Positions 48,380-58,442 of a DNA stretch of 64,000 bases are shown piece by piece. Source of the stretch: Nibricoccus sp. (GTDB taxonomy: Bacteria; Verrucomicrobiota; Verrucomicrobiia; Opitutales; Opitutaceae); assembly GCA_047600805.1 (NCBI GenBank), contig JASGKG010000001.1, positions 1,151,133-1,215,132 of the forward strand, written 5' to 3'. Both the position numbers and the translations under genes were made by a program. Each line of letters opens with the position of its first letter. Positions within the stretch are counted from its first letter, which is position 1. A model generated the notes under the pieces. The model saw only the letters and a list, made by a program, of their open reading frames with translations. It was not told the DNA's origin and did no database searches.

Positions 48380-49465
48380 TCAAAGCAATAGTTCGGTTAA
48401 ATCGTAACGTGCCAAAATGTCATGGAGTTTTACCGCGTGGCTGGTGGTAGTAGATTCCTCCATCGCCTGTAGAAGCGCGATCGTCACAATGCCCTCGCGG
48501 ACGTCCGGCTTGGGCGTTTCGTTGTGAGCGAGGCAACGGGCGAAGTATTCGATATAGTTTTGATATTCGCCGGCGTGATGCGTGTGCCCCTCGAATCGGA
48601 AATAGTAATTTTCGGCGCCTTCGAAATTTTCGATGACGGCTTGCGAACCGATCTTCCAAGAATAGCGAAGCTCATGGTAATCCGCCTGGCTGGCGCCGTT
48701 GGTGCAGCGAAGCACACAGCTCATCCCACTGTCACGTTGGGCGGGAACGGTTGGGCTGGAATAGGTGCCACTCACGCGAGCGATCCGGCCGGAAGCGGAT
48801 TTGAAGATAAAGTGAAACGTGTCTGGATTCACGAGGCCGCCAGCGCGACCCGTGGGGCTGAGGTCGGCATAGCCCATCACTTCCGAAACATCCGGCATGT
48901 ACCAACGAATGAAGTCTGCCGGGTGGCTAAGTCCGCCGAAGAGCCACTTGAATGAAGGCTTCTTTGCCCAGGGTTTTTCGAGAAACCAACGATGGTCGGC
49001 ATTGTAATACGCTTCGACGGTGATGAGATCGCCGAAAGCGCCGGTGAGGAAGTGTTCACGTTGCCGTGAGAAGGGTGCGAAATAACGCGAGCTTTGGCCG
49101 ACCATCACCTGCTTGCCGCTGCGTTGTTGGGCATTGAGGACCTCGCGAGCTTGAGAAAGGTCGTTGAGAAATGGTTTGGTGCAGATGACGTGTTTGCCGG
49201 CGTTGAGCGCTTCGATGACGTGTGTGGCATGAAGATGATCCGGTGTATAGATGCCGACTGCATCCACGTGAGGATCCGTGAGAACTTGGGCGTAGGAAGT
49301 GGTAAAGTGTTTCGGATTGAGCTGGAACTCGGCGCAACGTTCGCGTCCGAGTTGTTCATCCAGATCACAAAGCCAGACGACGTCCCAGAGGGAACTTTCG
49401 ACACCAGCTGAAATGATGCTGCGACCTTCACCAAGGCCTAAAACGGCGAGTCCGAGTTTTTTCAT
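48380..49465 (-). CDS. Gfo/Idh/MocA-family NAD(P)-dependent oxidoreductase
   Basis: MKKLGLAVLGLGEGR Rossmann N-terminus. ...HVICTKPF (EKP-like motif) and a C-terminal alpha/beta dimerisation domain. Confidence 0.85.
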   Translation of the reverse strand: MKKLGLAVLGLGEGRSIISAGVESSLWDVVWLCDLDEQLGRERCAEFQLNPKHFTTSYAQVLTDPHVDAVGIYTPDHLHATHVIEALNAGKHVICTKPFLNDLSQAREVLNAQQRSGKQVMVGQSSRYFAPFSRQREHFLTGAFGDLITVEAYYNADHRWFLEKPWAKKPSFKWLFGGLSHPADFIRWYMPDVSEVMGYADLSPTGRAGGLVNPDTFHFIFKSASGRIARVSGTYSSPTVPAQRDSGMSCVLRCTNGASQADYHELRYSWKIGSQAVIENFEGAENYYFRFEGHTHHAGEYQNYIEYFARCLAHNETPKPDVREGIVTIALLQAMEESTTTSHAVKLHDILARYDLTELLL

Positions 49466-49475
49466 GCGGCCGCAA

Positions 49476-50555
49476 TTAGTAGTAGGGCTCGATGATTTTC
49501 AACGCGAGGTCTGCTTCTTTTTGATCTTTGAACTGGATCAGCATGTAGACGCCTTTGGTGCCGATCGTGTCGATGAGCGGTTTGATGTCGCTGAGCTCGA
49601 CGTTGACGACCTGGACGGATTTTCCGGCGGCGAGGATGCGCTTGTAGAGATCGTACCAGCGTTTATTGCCACCCGGTTCGATTCCTGCCTGGGGAGTCCA
49701 TTCGACGGCGTCGAGTGGTTCGATGGAAAGGAGCGCATCCAAGTGAACCATCGCCTGCGTGCCGTCGAGATGATAGAGCGAGTGGTCAAGCCATTCGCAT
49801 TGCGCGGTGAGTGCGGGCACCACCAATTGTTTGTACATGTCAGGCGAGAACATTGCAGACGCGTCGCACTGGACTTTGGCGGTTTTTCCTGGTCCCCAAA
49901 TGTAGAACGCGTCGAAAACCGAACTGCCGTCAGGGAGCTTAATGATGTCGTAAATCCGCTGGTACGCCTCGAAGTAGGCGTCGTTGATTTCCCATATCTT
50001 CTTCTCGATCCACTCCGGCCTCTCGATCATGTCCATCATAAGCGTCTGCGCGCCGCGCAGCGAGGAAAGGATGTCCATGTTTTCAATGAGGTCAGGACTG
50101 CCGACGAAGTATTTGCTGCGGGACTTTTCTTGGCACTGGCGCAGGATCGCTTCCGTCGTTTTCCACCAATGGCCTTCCGGATTAAACCGGATCGGAGGCA
50201 ACTCCTCAGGATTTTCAACGTGTTCAATGCAGGGGTTGAACCACACAGTGCCCTCGGCAAAGCCTGGCTCGGAGCCGCAGTACATCGCGAGTGTTCCCGG
50301 TCCCAGATCTGGACTGCTCGTGGGCAGAACGTCCAGCGGGAAGATCGACCGGGACAGTCGGTAGTGGTTTTGCGCTGCGCGGTAAGCGGCATTGCAATAG
50401 CGCTCGTCGATCGTCGATGGAGCGACGGGGACGCTAACTTGTTCGTGGATACAGGCGCTGGTTTCGGGCGCGCCCCACATGCCGACGAGAAGGCCGTCGC
50501 GATTCCACCACTTGAGAAAACGCTGTTGAGTTTCGGTCCAGTTGGATTTCCACAT
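49476..50555 (-). CDS. conserved hypothetical cytoplasmic protein (359 aa), unknown function, embedded in glycan-utilisation block
   Basis: Real-protein composition (W/Y/K/E rich) in contrast to the low-complexity antisense ORF. No motif I can assign. Tightly packed between the Gfo/Idh/MocA gene (10-bp gap) and the esterase gene. Confidence 0.5.
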   Translation of the reverse strand: MWKSNWTETQQRFLKWWNRDGLLVGMWGAPETSACIHEQVSVPVAPSTIDERYCNAAYRAAQNHYRLSRSIFPLDVLPTSSPDLGPGTLAMYCGSEPGFAEGTVWFNPCIEHVENPEELPPIRFNPEGHWWKTTEAILRQCQEKSRSKYFVGSPDLIENMDILSSLRGAQTLMMDMIERPEWIEKKIWEINDAYFEAYQRIYDIIKLPDGSSVFDAFYIWGPGKTAKVQCDASAMFSPDMYKQLVVPALTAQCEWLDHSLYHLDGTQAMVHLDALLSIEPLDAVEWTPQAGIEPGGNKRWYDLYKRILAAGKSVQVVNVELSDIKPLIDTIGTKGVYMLIQFKDQKEADLALKIIEPYY

Positions 50556-50571
50556 GGGGCGTTAGGGGCAA

Positions 50572-52104
50572 TTATTTGGTTGTTGAAGCAGGTTGATTGG
50601 ACGGAACGGCAACGGGTGCAGGCGGAAGCGTGCGCTCGACATTGACGGGCCAGTCGTCGGTCCTGAAGGGTGTTGCTGGCAATCCAGCTGAGTTGAGAAG
50701 GTTCGGGTTGGCGGTTTCATTCCAGGCGAAACGCACAGCGAAGGGCTCTTCCACCGTTGAGCTCCAGACGATAACCTTGTTCTTACCTTCGATTTTAGCC
50801 TCGGCGGCGGAGAAGTGTTGGTCGGCACCGGCGATTTGGAAGCTATCGAGTGGTTTGTTATCACGACTCTTAAGCCCATCGCCGACATTCGCGAAGGTGA
50901 GCTCGATGCGGTTTTTGGCGATCGTGACCGTCGACAGGCTCGGGCCGTGGGCGGCGATATTAGGGATGGAGTAGGTTTCGGCCAGCGCGAGATTGGCGAG
51001 CCGAAGGCCGACGTCGCGCTTGTTGGTCGGATGGATATCTTTAACGTTGGCCACGAGATCGGTGGTGGTCACGAAACCGGTATGTTTGACGGTTGACGCG
51101 ACCGCCGATTGAGCCTCCCAGAAAAGAGGCAGGCCTTCCGCGGTGAGATGAGCGCGGTCTTTATCGCGCCCGGAATAGAAAAACGGTGCGAGCAGGACGT
51201 AGTAGAACGGCGCGTCAGGCGCCTGAAAGGCCGTGCGCCAAGTCTCGACGAGGGTACGCAACTTCATCGTATAAATCGAGGTGTCGCCGACCATCAAGTT
51301 GGACTCACCTTGGTACCAAATGAAGCCTCGCAACGTATAGGGCAGATAAGGCGCGACCATGCTGTCGTACAACTTCGTCGCCCCGACGTCTTTGAAACTT
51401 GCGTCGCCAGGGCCGCCGGCGAGGCCTTTGAATTCTGGACGCTCGAAGACAGAGGCAGGGAGCCAGGCTTCGATTCGGGTGCCGCCGTAACTCGAATGAA
51501 TCAAACCAATGGGAACATCCAATTTCTTCAGGAGCTCTGTGCCGAAGTAATAGCCTGCGGCAGAAAACTCCGTTGCGGCGACCGACTCCGGAGTGCACGC
51601 CACCCAACGAAGGCTGAGGATCTTTTCCGTTGGTTTACTGTAGTGAGGCACTTGATACAGCCGCAGCAGAGGATGATCGGCGTTCCGCGTGGCTTCCTCG
51701 TAATTGTCGGTCGGCTTCTGGCCTTTGCGTGGCCCGAGCTGTTTCTCCATGTTGGATTGTCCCGAGCAGAACCAGACCTCGCCGACAAGTACATCGGAGA
51801 ACGTTACGGTATTGTTGCCACGAATCGTGAGTACGCGCGATTCCTTGCTCGCCGGCATCGCAGCGAACTCAAGGCGCCAATCGCCTGTTGGCGTGGCTTT
51901 GGTTGACTTCGACTGCCCGCCGAATTCGACCGTCACTTGTTCGCCTGGCGTGGCATTGCCCCAAACGGCGACGGGTCTCTCACGTTGAAGAACCATGTGG
52001 TCACCGAAAATAGCCGGACAAGAAACATCAGCACGAGCGATGGACAGCGTGGCGCAAAGCGCCGCTAACGTGAAAAGACGAGAACCGTTCATAGCGATAG
52101 GCAA
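50572..52104 (-). CDS. secreted sialate O-acetylesterase-like carbohydrate esterase (SASA/DUF303 family)
   Basis: Signal peptide MPIAMNGSRLFTLAALCATLSIARA. SGNH-type nucleophile motif WFCSGQSNMEKQLG. About 500 aa, typical of the family. Confidence 0.75.
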   Translation of the reverse strand: MPIAMNGSRLFTLAALCATLSIARADVSCPAIFGDHMVLQRERPVAVWGNATPGEQVTVEFGGQSKSTKATPTGDWRLEFAAMPASKESRVLTIRGNNTVTFSDVLVGEVWFCSGQSNMEKQLGPRKGQKPTDNYEEATRNADHPLLRLYQVPHYSKPTEKILSLRWVACTPESVAATEFSAAGYYFGTELLKKLDVPIGLIHSSYGGTRIEAWLPASVFERPEFKGLAGGPGDASFKDVGATKLYDSMVAPYLPYTLRGFIWYQGESNLMVGDTSIYTMKLRTLVETWRTAFQAPDAPFYYVLLAPFFYSGRDKDRAHLTAEGLPLFWEAQSAVASTVKHTGFVTTTDLVANVKDIHPTNKRDVGLRLANLALAETYSIPNIAAHGPSLSTVTIAKNRIELTFANVGDGLKSRDNKPLDSFQIAGADQHFSAAEAKIEGKNKVIVWSSTVEEPFAVRFAWNETANPNLLNSAGLPATPFRTDDWPVNVERTLPPAPVAVPSNQPASTTK

Positions 52105-52107
52105 AAG

Positions 52108-54531
52108 TTATTGTGGGCTGGAGTTGAAGGTGACGGCGGCGGGCTTTAGGCCTGGTGCCGACGCATTCAATGTGATGCGCCCGGTTTCAGCGGTGGTGCG
52201 GAGAACGACGAGCGAACAGCCTTTGAAAAGGCGGCGTGGGTTGCTCTGATACGACTCCGTTTCTGTGAGGTCCGCATTTCCGATGGCCACGATGGTGGCG
52301 GGGCCTGAAAGCGTGTAGCATACAGATTGGTTAACGGTTGGGTTGAGTATGCCGTTTTTGTCCACGGTTTCCACAGTTACAAAAACCAGATCTTGGCCGC
52401 CGGATTTCAAAAGCGTGCGGTCTGCCGTGAGGCGAAGTTGAATCGAGTCGCTCGCCGTCTCGAGAGTGAAGCGCTCCAGCTCTTTTCCTTGGCTCAAGCC
52501 AACTGCCATCAGTTTCCCCGGAGCATACGGGACGCTGAAAGAAGCTTTATATTGCGTGGACTGGTTTGTTAGCTTTTCCGCCACCAGTTTCCCATTCAAT
52601 AAGAGTCGCACGGCCTCGTAACGCGAATAGACATCGACCTGCAGTGATTTGCCTTCTTGGCCAGGCCAGGTCCAGTGTGACTCGCTCGGCGGAACCGCCC
52701 AGAGCGTGAGATTCCACGGCCGGCCGTCTGGAGTCGGCGGCACGACGGCGGCGTAGAGTTTGGTTTTGCCAACGCCCCAGACGATTTGTCGGTAAAACGA
52801 GGCGGGCCGACGTGAGCCGATCAGATCGATATCGCCACAGGCACCGCCGTGCCAGGGATAGTGAATTCCGACCCAGTGGGCAGTAGCCGTTTGTGCGGCG
52901 GTGTAGATGCGACCGATGCCGGCTTCGCCAAGATAATCGATGGCGCTCCAGACGAAATCTCCCGCGAGGTACGGCTGGCTTAGCACCGTGTTCCAATTTT
53001 GGAACGTGTCCGTTTGATAGGATTCGGCGGCCATGATGACACGTGAGGGGATGCGTGCGTGGTCATCGGTGTGCCTCTGTAATTCGTAATTATAACCAGC
53101 GACGTCCATCGTGGCGAAAAGGGGATCAAGCTTTGTCCAATCGCCATTTTTCCCAAGGCCATTGATCCCGGCTGTAATTGGACGTGTTGTATCCAAGGAG
53201 CGGATGCGTGCAGTGAGCTCATTGGCGATGCGGAGGCCGTTGGAGTTGCCGCGTTCGTATAGTTCGTTGCCAATGCTCCACATTATTACGCCGGGATGAT
53301 TGCGGTCGCGTAGAACAAACGCGTCGATGTCGCTCTGCCATGACTCCTTGAAAAACGCGCTGTAGTCGTGAGCGACTTTGCCTTTTTCCCAGCAATCGAA
53401 CGCTTCCTCGACGACAAGGAGGCCGAGGCGGTCGCATGCCTCGAGAAATGCGGGGGCGGGCGGATTGTGCGCGGTGCGAACGGCATTGAAGCCCGCCGCT
53501 TTAAGAAGTTCCACCTTGCGCTCTTCTGCGCGGTCGAAGGCTGCGGCACCGAGCGGACCGTGGTCGGCGTGGACGTTACCACCACAAAGTTTGAGGGACT
53601 GGCCGTTCAGCTCGAACCCGGTAGCTGCTGAGACTTTCAACGTGCGAACTCCGAAAACCGTCGTGACCTCATCGACAATGCGGCCGCTCACGCTGACTCG
53701 GGTAACAGCATGATAGAGCGCTGGTGTATCAGGAGTCCATCGCTGTGGGTTTTGGAGGGTGAGAGTAGTTGTGAAACCCGAATCAGTTTTGCCGTCGAGC
53801 TGAATGACGGGCGCAGGTTTTAAGTTGTGCATCTCGACCGTGCGGCCATTCGGCCCGATGATTTCGGTCGTCACTGTCACCGAGGCGGGCGCATCACTCT
53901 TGTTGGCCACCCTGGCTTGAATTTCTAGATCAGCGTGATCGGCCGCCAATTCCGTTGTTTTAATGGAAACACCCCAAGGCGCGACGTGCACAGCGCCGGC
54001 AACGTTCAGCCACACGTGTCGGTAGAGGCCGGATCCGGTGTAATAGCGAGTATTGGGCTGCTGTGAGTTGTCGACGCGGACGACCAGCACGTTGCTACCG
54101 CCAAACTTGAGATGGGGCGTCATGTCGGCGATAAAAGACGTGGAAAAATGAGTATGGTTGGTGATCAGCTTCCCGTTCAGCCAGATCTCGGCGAGCCCGG
54201 CAATACCCTCAAACTCAATAGTGACCTGTTTGCCGATCCATACTGTAGGAGCAATAAAAGTGCGTCGATACCAGCCTGTGCCCGTGGGGAAAAAACCGCC
54301 TCCGCCCGCGGTTGATGCGTTCGGATCGGTTGCCCCTTCGATCGACCAATCATGGGGAAGGCTCAGTTGACGCCAGCTGGAATCGTTGAACGCTGCCTCG
54401 CGAGCTTCCGGTGCGTCGCCGAGATGGAAGCGCCAGAGATCGTCCCAGAGGTGTCGCTCGCGGAGTGTCTGTGCCACGCAAGCGGCCCCCGAGAGCAAAA
54501 ACGCGAGTAGGAAGGTGAGAGTGCGAGGCAT
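52108..54531 (-). CDS. secreted glycoside hydrolase family 2
   Basis: Signal peptide. GH2 N-terminal sugar-binding domain (DSSWRQLSLPHDWSIEG), Ig-like domain and TIM-barrel (RTAHNPPAPAFLEACDRLGLLVVEEA, WSIGNE). Confidence 0.8.
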   Translation of the reverse strand: MPRTLTFLLAFLLSGAACVAQTLRERHLWDDLWRFHLGDAPEAREAAFNDSSWRQLSLPHDWSIEGATDPNASTAGGGGFFPTGTGWYRRTFIAPTVWIGKQVTIEFEGIAGLAEIWLNGKLITNHTHFSTSFIADMTPHLKFGGSNVLVVRVDNSQQPNTRYYTGSGLYRHVWLNVAGAVHVAPWGVSIKTTELAADHADLEIQARVANKSDAPASVTVTTEIIGPNGRTVEMHNLKPAPVIQLDGKTDSGFTTTLTLQNPQRWTPDTPALYHAVTRVSVSGRIVDEVTTVFGVRTLKVSAATGFELNGQSLKLCGGNVHADHGPLGAAAFDRAEERKVELLKAAGFNAVRTAHNPPAPAFLEACDRLGLLVVEEAFDCWEKGKVAHDYSAFFKESWQSDIDAFVLRDRNHPGVIMWSIGNELYERGNSNGLRIANELTARIRSLDTTRPITAGINGLGKNGDWTKLDPLFATMDVAGYNYELQRHTDDHARIPSRVIMAAESYQTDTFQNWNTVLSQPYLAGDFVWSAIDYLGEAGIGRIYTAAQTATAHWVGIHYPWHGGACGDIDLIGSRRPASFYRQIVWGVGKTKLYAAVVPPTPDGRPWNLTLWAVPPSESHWTWPGQEGKSLQVDVYSRYEAVRLLLNGKLVAEKLTNQSTQYKASFSVPYAPGKLMAVGLSQGKELERFTLETASDSIQLRLTADRTLLKSGGQDLVFVTVETVDKNGILNPTVNQSVCYTLSGPATIVAIGNADLTETESYQSNPRRLFKGCSLVVLRTTAETGRITLNASAPGLKPAAVTFNSSPQ

Positions 54532-54532
54532 G

Positions 54533-57500
54533 TTATTCTACTTCTAGTGTATCGAGTTCCAAGCTGGCGGAGGCCGGTAACTTTAGGCGCAGCGTATAGG
54601 TGCCCGCGTTGATGCTGGCGCCCGTGCGTGTACGAAAAACCTTCCAATCGTTGGCAGGAGCACCTCCGGGAAATTCTACGTTATCGGAGCGCAAAACCGA
54701 ACCGTTCGGTTGCACTATCTCCAGCAAGGCATTGACCGGTGCTATTCCCGCGTTGCGGTAGCGGAAGTTCAATCCGTAGCGATCGCCAACGCCGACTTGG
54801 ATCAGCCATGTGAACGTGTCGCTGGCGATTTTTTCAACTTTGTAAGTCGCGGAAGCACGAACGGCACGGACAAACGCGAGCGTCGGGGTTTGTTCGCCCG
54901 GTGGGAAGCTAACCTTTGTGCCCGCCACCACGCGCATGCGTCTCAACACGAGCGGTACTCCGCCTCCGATCGAAGCCGTTTGCTTGGTCTCTATCCAATC
55001 GCCTGACGCTTTGGAATCTCCCGGAAACGCTCCGACGATCTCGATGTGATCTGTCGCCGAAAAGGCGAGACCGGTGCTTTGCGCGGTTTCTGTCGTGGGC
55101 ATGATGAGATCACCGCCGGTGAGGTTTTCGGGGAAGCCCGAGATTGTTTGCCCCAATGTTTCGTTGCGGATTCCGGATTTGAGGCTTCCCACGGCAATCC
55201 ACTCCGTGGTTCCGTCGGACAGTTCGACGAATTGAGGGGCTGCAGGCGGCAAGGCGCGTGTGACAAAGACAGTCGGCGGAAGCTCGAAGCCGTTGAGTTC
55301 CAGCTTCACGGAGTCGTTAGCGAGAAAAGGTTTTCGGTAAATAATGTAGGTGGCACCTGGCACGGCATTGCTCGCCAACGTCAGCGACGTGCGCTCCCAT
55401 TCCGAAAGCCAGGCTGGTTTTTTCGTGATCCGCTCATCGATTGCGAGCCATACGTCTGCGTTGCGGTGAACACTAAATTGGAGATGGCTGATGGGTTCTG
55501 CTTTTGTTCTGATCCAATCAGCTTCCAGAAGGTCGTAGGGTAGCTGCGTGAACGCGCCGGGGCGGTTGCTGAAATGCTGCACGCCGGTATCGAGATGTGT
55601 TTCGACCGTGGCGCCGTTGGTTGTGTCAATCAGCTCGACCAACGCGGATGGCAACTTGGGAGCGTTTTGACTGGTATTGCTGGAAATAGCGATTGCCGAG
55701 ATGACGGCTTGTCCCGCTTGGATGTTAGGAAACGAAATCAGGAGGACGCCGTTTTGACTTTTTGCGGAGACAACTTTCTTGAGAGCGCGACCGACACCTA
55801 CTTCTTTCCAAATATCTAGGTTTTGAAGCAACGTTTCGTCGTTGATCGCCACGTCGAAAACCCGCCAGCCGGCGCAGTTCAAGCCACCGCCAGTTCCGTA
55901 CCACGGCTCGGTGAAAAAGAGTTCCACTTGGTATTCGCCGTCGGGCAAACCGAACCAGTAATTAAGCTCCTCGCGGCCGTAGCGGAAAGTCTGGAAGAGA
56001 GGCTCGTCCGCGGTGTTGGTGATGGGGTGGTGGATCTTGCGTTGACTGGCGAAGTTGGCGGGGAGGTTTTCGAACTCCGAGGACCATGAACTCGCGCCCC
56101 AAGAGTCATCGGGCGCCAGCTCGCGGTCGGCGAGCCAGTGATTACCATGGCTGTCCGTGTAAGCGGGACCACCACAGTTGACACGATAAAGATAGTGCTG
56201 GCCGGCGAGCGGCGTGAGCAAATCGGGAACGATATTTTTGAGGATCGGAAAAGCGGCCAGATGATTCAGATGGATTTGGTCGGTGGCGACAATCTTGCCC
56301 CCGACGCGAGCTTCGGCGCGGAGAAAGTTGCAGTCGATCTCGACATCGTCCCACTGAAAGTGCGTGCTGCGACCGCTCTGCGTGCGCTTCCCGAGAGAAC
56401 GATGACCGTTGAAGAGCTCTACCTCGTCGCAATTGGAATAAACGACCAAACCGCTTTTCTTGCCCGGTGTTGTCCAGCGATCCGGCCAGGTGTGAGAAAC
56501 GATGTAGACCATCGGCTGCGTTTCCTTGGGGGCGAAATTTGCGCGATAGAGATAATAGCCGTCGGTGGGCTCGCCCCAGATGGTGAACAGCCCCTTGTTG
56601 TTAACCGGGCCGATCCTATCCAAAGGCCTAATCCCGTCGTAAAGTTGCTCGCCGAATTCGCCGAAGTTACGACCAGGGTTGGCATGGCTGGTGAAGGGCC
56701 ACTGGAAATGTCCGCAAGTGTCGGGACGCGCTTTCTCGGCGCAACGGATCTTCATTTCCATCAGTGCGCAGAAACGATCTTCGCTCAACGGTGCTTTGAA
56801 TACGAAACCGCCTTCCGTGTGCAAATCGAGGCTGCGCCACGCGCCATACTCGCCAATCAGCGAATAGGTTCGCAGGTCCTCGTCGTACTCCTCCGGCGGG
56901 CGAGCGGTACTGTAGGTGCCTGACCAGATTTGAGTGACATCCCAATCGACTCCCGTGCCGCCGTTGCAAGTGGTGATGAGTCGCTGGGACGAAGCGGTTG
57001 GGTCGAGTTCGCGGATGAGCGCGCTACATTCTTCAGCGAAGTCTTTTGGCAACTGGCTCTCGTTTTGCAGACCCCAAAGGATCAGCGATGGGCTGTTGCG
57101 ACGTTCGATGATCCACTCGGCGAGGAGTTTCTTGAAATTTGTACGGAACGCATCGTTGTCGAACCAAACGTGGGCCCCAAACTGCGTCCACCAAAGCAAC
57201 CCGTCTTTGTCCCAACTTTGTTGAAAGCGCAGATTGTGTGGATGGTGCGCATCACGGAACGCGTTGAAACCGGCCGATTCAATCTGGTGAACGCGTGCGT
57301 CGATTTGCGTGTCGGTGAATGCAAAGTTGTTCCCGAGGAGGTGCTCATAATCGGCGGTGCCGTTGATGAAAAAGGGCTGGCCGTTTACAAGGAGGCGACG
57401 GCGATCAGGGTTGGTCGTTTTTGGCCAGGAGATCCAGCGGAAACCAAAAGGCGTTTGCGTGCAATCGATCACCTTCCCGTCGCTGACGAGCTCCGTGACT

Positions 57501-58417
57501 AATGTATAGAGGTAAGGATCGGCTGGAGACCAGAGATGGGGGGATGATACGGGCGGCAACGTGCGAGCAATCGTGGAGCCCGTTTGGGCGGACGTTGATA
57601 GTCCGCACGAAAATTGGTCCTCCGCGACAGTTCGGCCTGTAGGGTCGATAAGGCGGGTTTTAAGAACCAGCGCCGCCGATTTGCCTGAAGCATTGGAGAG
57701 GGTCGTGTCGACCCGGAGTTTGACGACGTCTCTTTGCGGCCCGTCGATCCAGGCATGTACGCCAAAGGGAGCAATGCGAACAGGCGCGGTCGTTACTACG
57801 TGAACCGGACGGAAAATGCCGAACGGCTGTGGGCCTTCCGAGAAACCGTAAGCGCGTTCGCAACCGCCGCAGACCCACGGAAGATCGCGAATGCCGGCGG
57901 GATGTTCGGCGCGCACGGCGACCACGTTGGGCTGACCAAAGACGACGGCGTTCGTGATATCGAGGGTGAAGGATGTAAGACCGCCGGCGTGGCCACCGAC
58001 CTTTTGGCCGTTCACCCAAACCGTTGCATAGGATCCAACGCCTTCGAAGAGCAGAAACACCTGTCGCCCGCGCTGATCGAGCGGCACGTCAAACGTCCGA
58101 CGATACAGGGCGATGCCGTGCAGATTTCCGTGTCGGAGTTGCCGGTATCCCTGATAGCTGTCGTGGTTGTGCGGCACGGAGACGACCATCCACGCGGAGT
58201 CGTCGAAATCTTTTTTCTCAAAGGCAGTCAGGTTCTGAGTTTCAGGCTGAACCAGCGTGGTGCGCCATTCATTCGTGAGTGCTGTGCTGGTGCGCGGAGC
58301 AATGTTGAAAACATCCGCGAACGCCAAGTTGCCGGTCCAGACCAAGACGGCGATTAGCCAAACGGCAATCGTGCGGCGACGGCCGACGCGAGGATGCTTG
58401 GCGAGATTTATGTTCAC
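54533..58417 (-). CDS. large (1294 aa) secreted GH2-family glycosidase with C-terminal malectin-like carbohydrate-binding region
   Basis: GH2 N-terminal domain (FDDSAWMVVSVPHNHDSYQG...LLFEGVGSYATVWVNG), catalytic barrel (WGLQNES) and malectin-like segment YLYRVNCGGPAYTDSHGNHWLAD. There is a 2-bp gap to the upstream GH2 gene. Confidence 0.7.
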   Translation of the reverse strand: MNINLAKHPRVGRRRTIAVWLIAVLVWTGNLAFADVFNIAPRTSTALTNEWRTTLVQPETQNLTAFEKKDFDDSAWMVVSVPHNHDSYQGYRQLRHGNLHGIALYRRTFDVPLDQRGRQVFLLFEGVGSYATVWVNGQKVGGHAGGLTSFTLDITNAVVFGQPNVVAVRAEHPAGIRDLPWVCGGCERAYGFSEGPQPFGIFRPVHVVTTAPVRIAPFGVHAWIDGPQRDVVKLRVDTTLSNASGKSAALVLKTRLIDPTGRTVAEDQFSCGLSTSAQTGSTIARTLPPVSSPHLWSPADPYLYTLVTELVSDGKVIDCTQTPFGFRWISWPKTTNPDRRRLLVNGQPFFINGTADYEHLLGNNFAFTDTQIDARVHQIESAGFNAFRDAHHPHNLRFQQSWDKDGLLWWTQFGAHVWFDNDAFRTNFKKLLAEWIIERRNSPSLILWGLQNESQLPKDFAEECSALIRELDPTASSQRLITTCNGGTGVDWDVTQIWSGTYSTARPPEEYDEDLRTYSLIGEYGAWRSLDLHTEGGFVFKAPLSEDRFCALMEMKIRCAEKARPDTCGHFQWPFTSHANPGRNFGEFGEQLYDGIRPLDRIGPVNNKGLFTIWGEPTDGYYLYRANFAPKETQPMVYIVSHTWPDRWTTPGKKSGLVVYSNCDEVELFNGHRSLGKRTQSGRSTHFQWDDVEIDCNFLRAEARVGGKIVATDQIHLNHLAAFPILKNIVPDLLTPLAGQHYLYRVNCGGPAYTDSHGNHWLADRELAPDDSWGASSWSSEFENLPANFASQRKIHHPITNTADEPLFQTFRYGREELNYWFGLPDGEYQVELFFTEPWYGTGGGLNCAGWRVFDVAINDETLLQNLDIWKEVGVGRALKKVVSAKSQNGVLLISFPNIQAGQAVISAIAISSNTSQNAPKLPSALVELIDTTNGATVETHLDTGVQHFSNRPGAFTQLPYDLLEADWIRTKAEPISHLQFSVHRNADVWLAIDERITKKPAWLSEWERTSLTLASNAVPGATYIIYRKPFLANDSVKLELNGFELPPTVFVTRALPPAAPQFVELSDGTTEWIAVGSLKSGIRNETLGQTISGFPENLTGGDLIMPTTETAQSTGLAFSATDHIEIVGAFPGDSKASGDWIETKQTASIGGGVPLVLRRMRVVAGTKVSFPPGEQTPTLAFVRAVRASATYKVEKIASDTFTWLIQVGVGDRYGLNFRYRNAGIAPVNALLEIVQPNGSVLRSDNVEFPGGAPANDWKVFRTRTGASINAGTYTLRLKLPASASLELDTLEVE

Positions 58418-58442
58418 GGGAGGCAGGGCCGACGACCGGATG

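Noticed and set aside
49299-50645. 448-aa plus-strand ORF overlapping the 359-aa minus-strand hypothetical protein
   Set aside because: The plus-strand translation is Arg/Ser/Gln low-complexity. The minus-strand ORF has balanced, protein-like composition and fits the tight operon spacing with its neighbours. I kept the minus-strand gene.
51109-51906. 265-aa ORF antisense to the SASA esterase gene
   Set aside because: It is antisense to a gene with a clear signal peptide and GQSNM motif. Its composition is Arg/Gly-rich.
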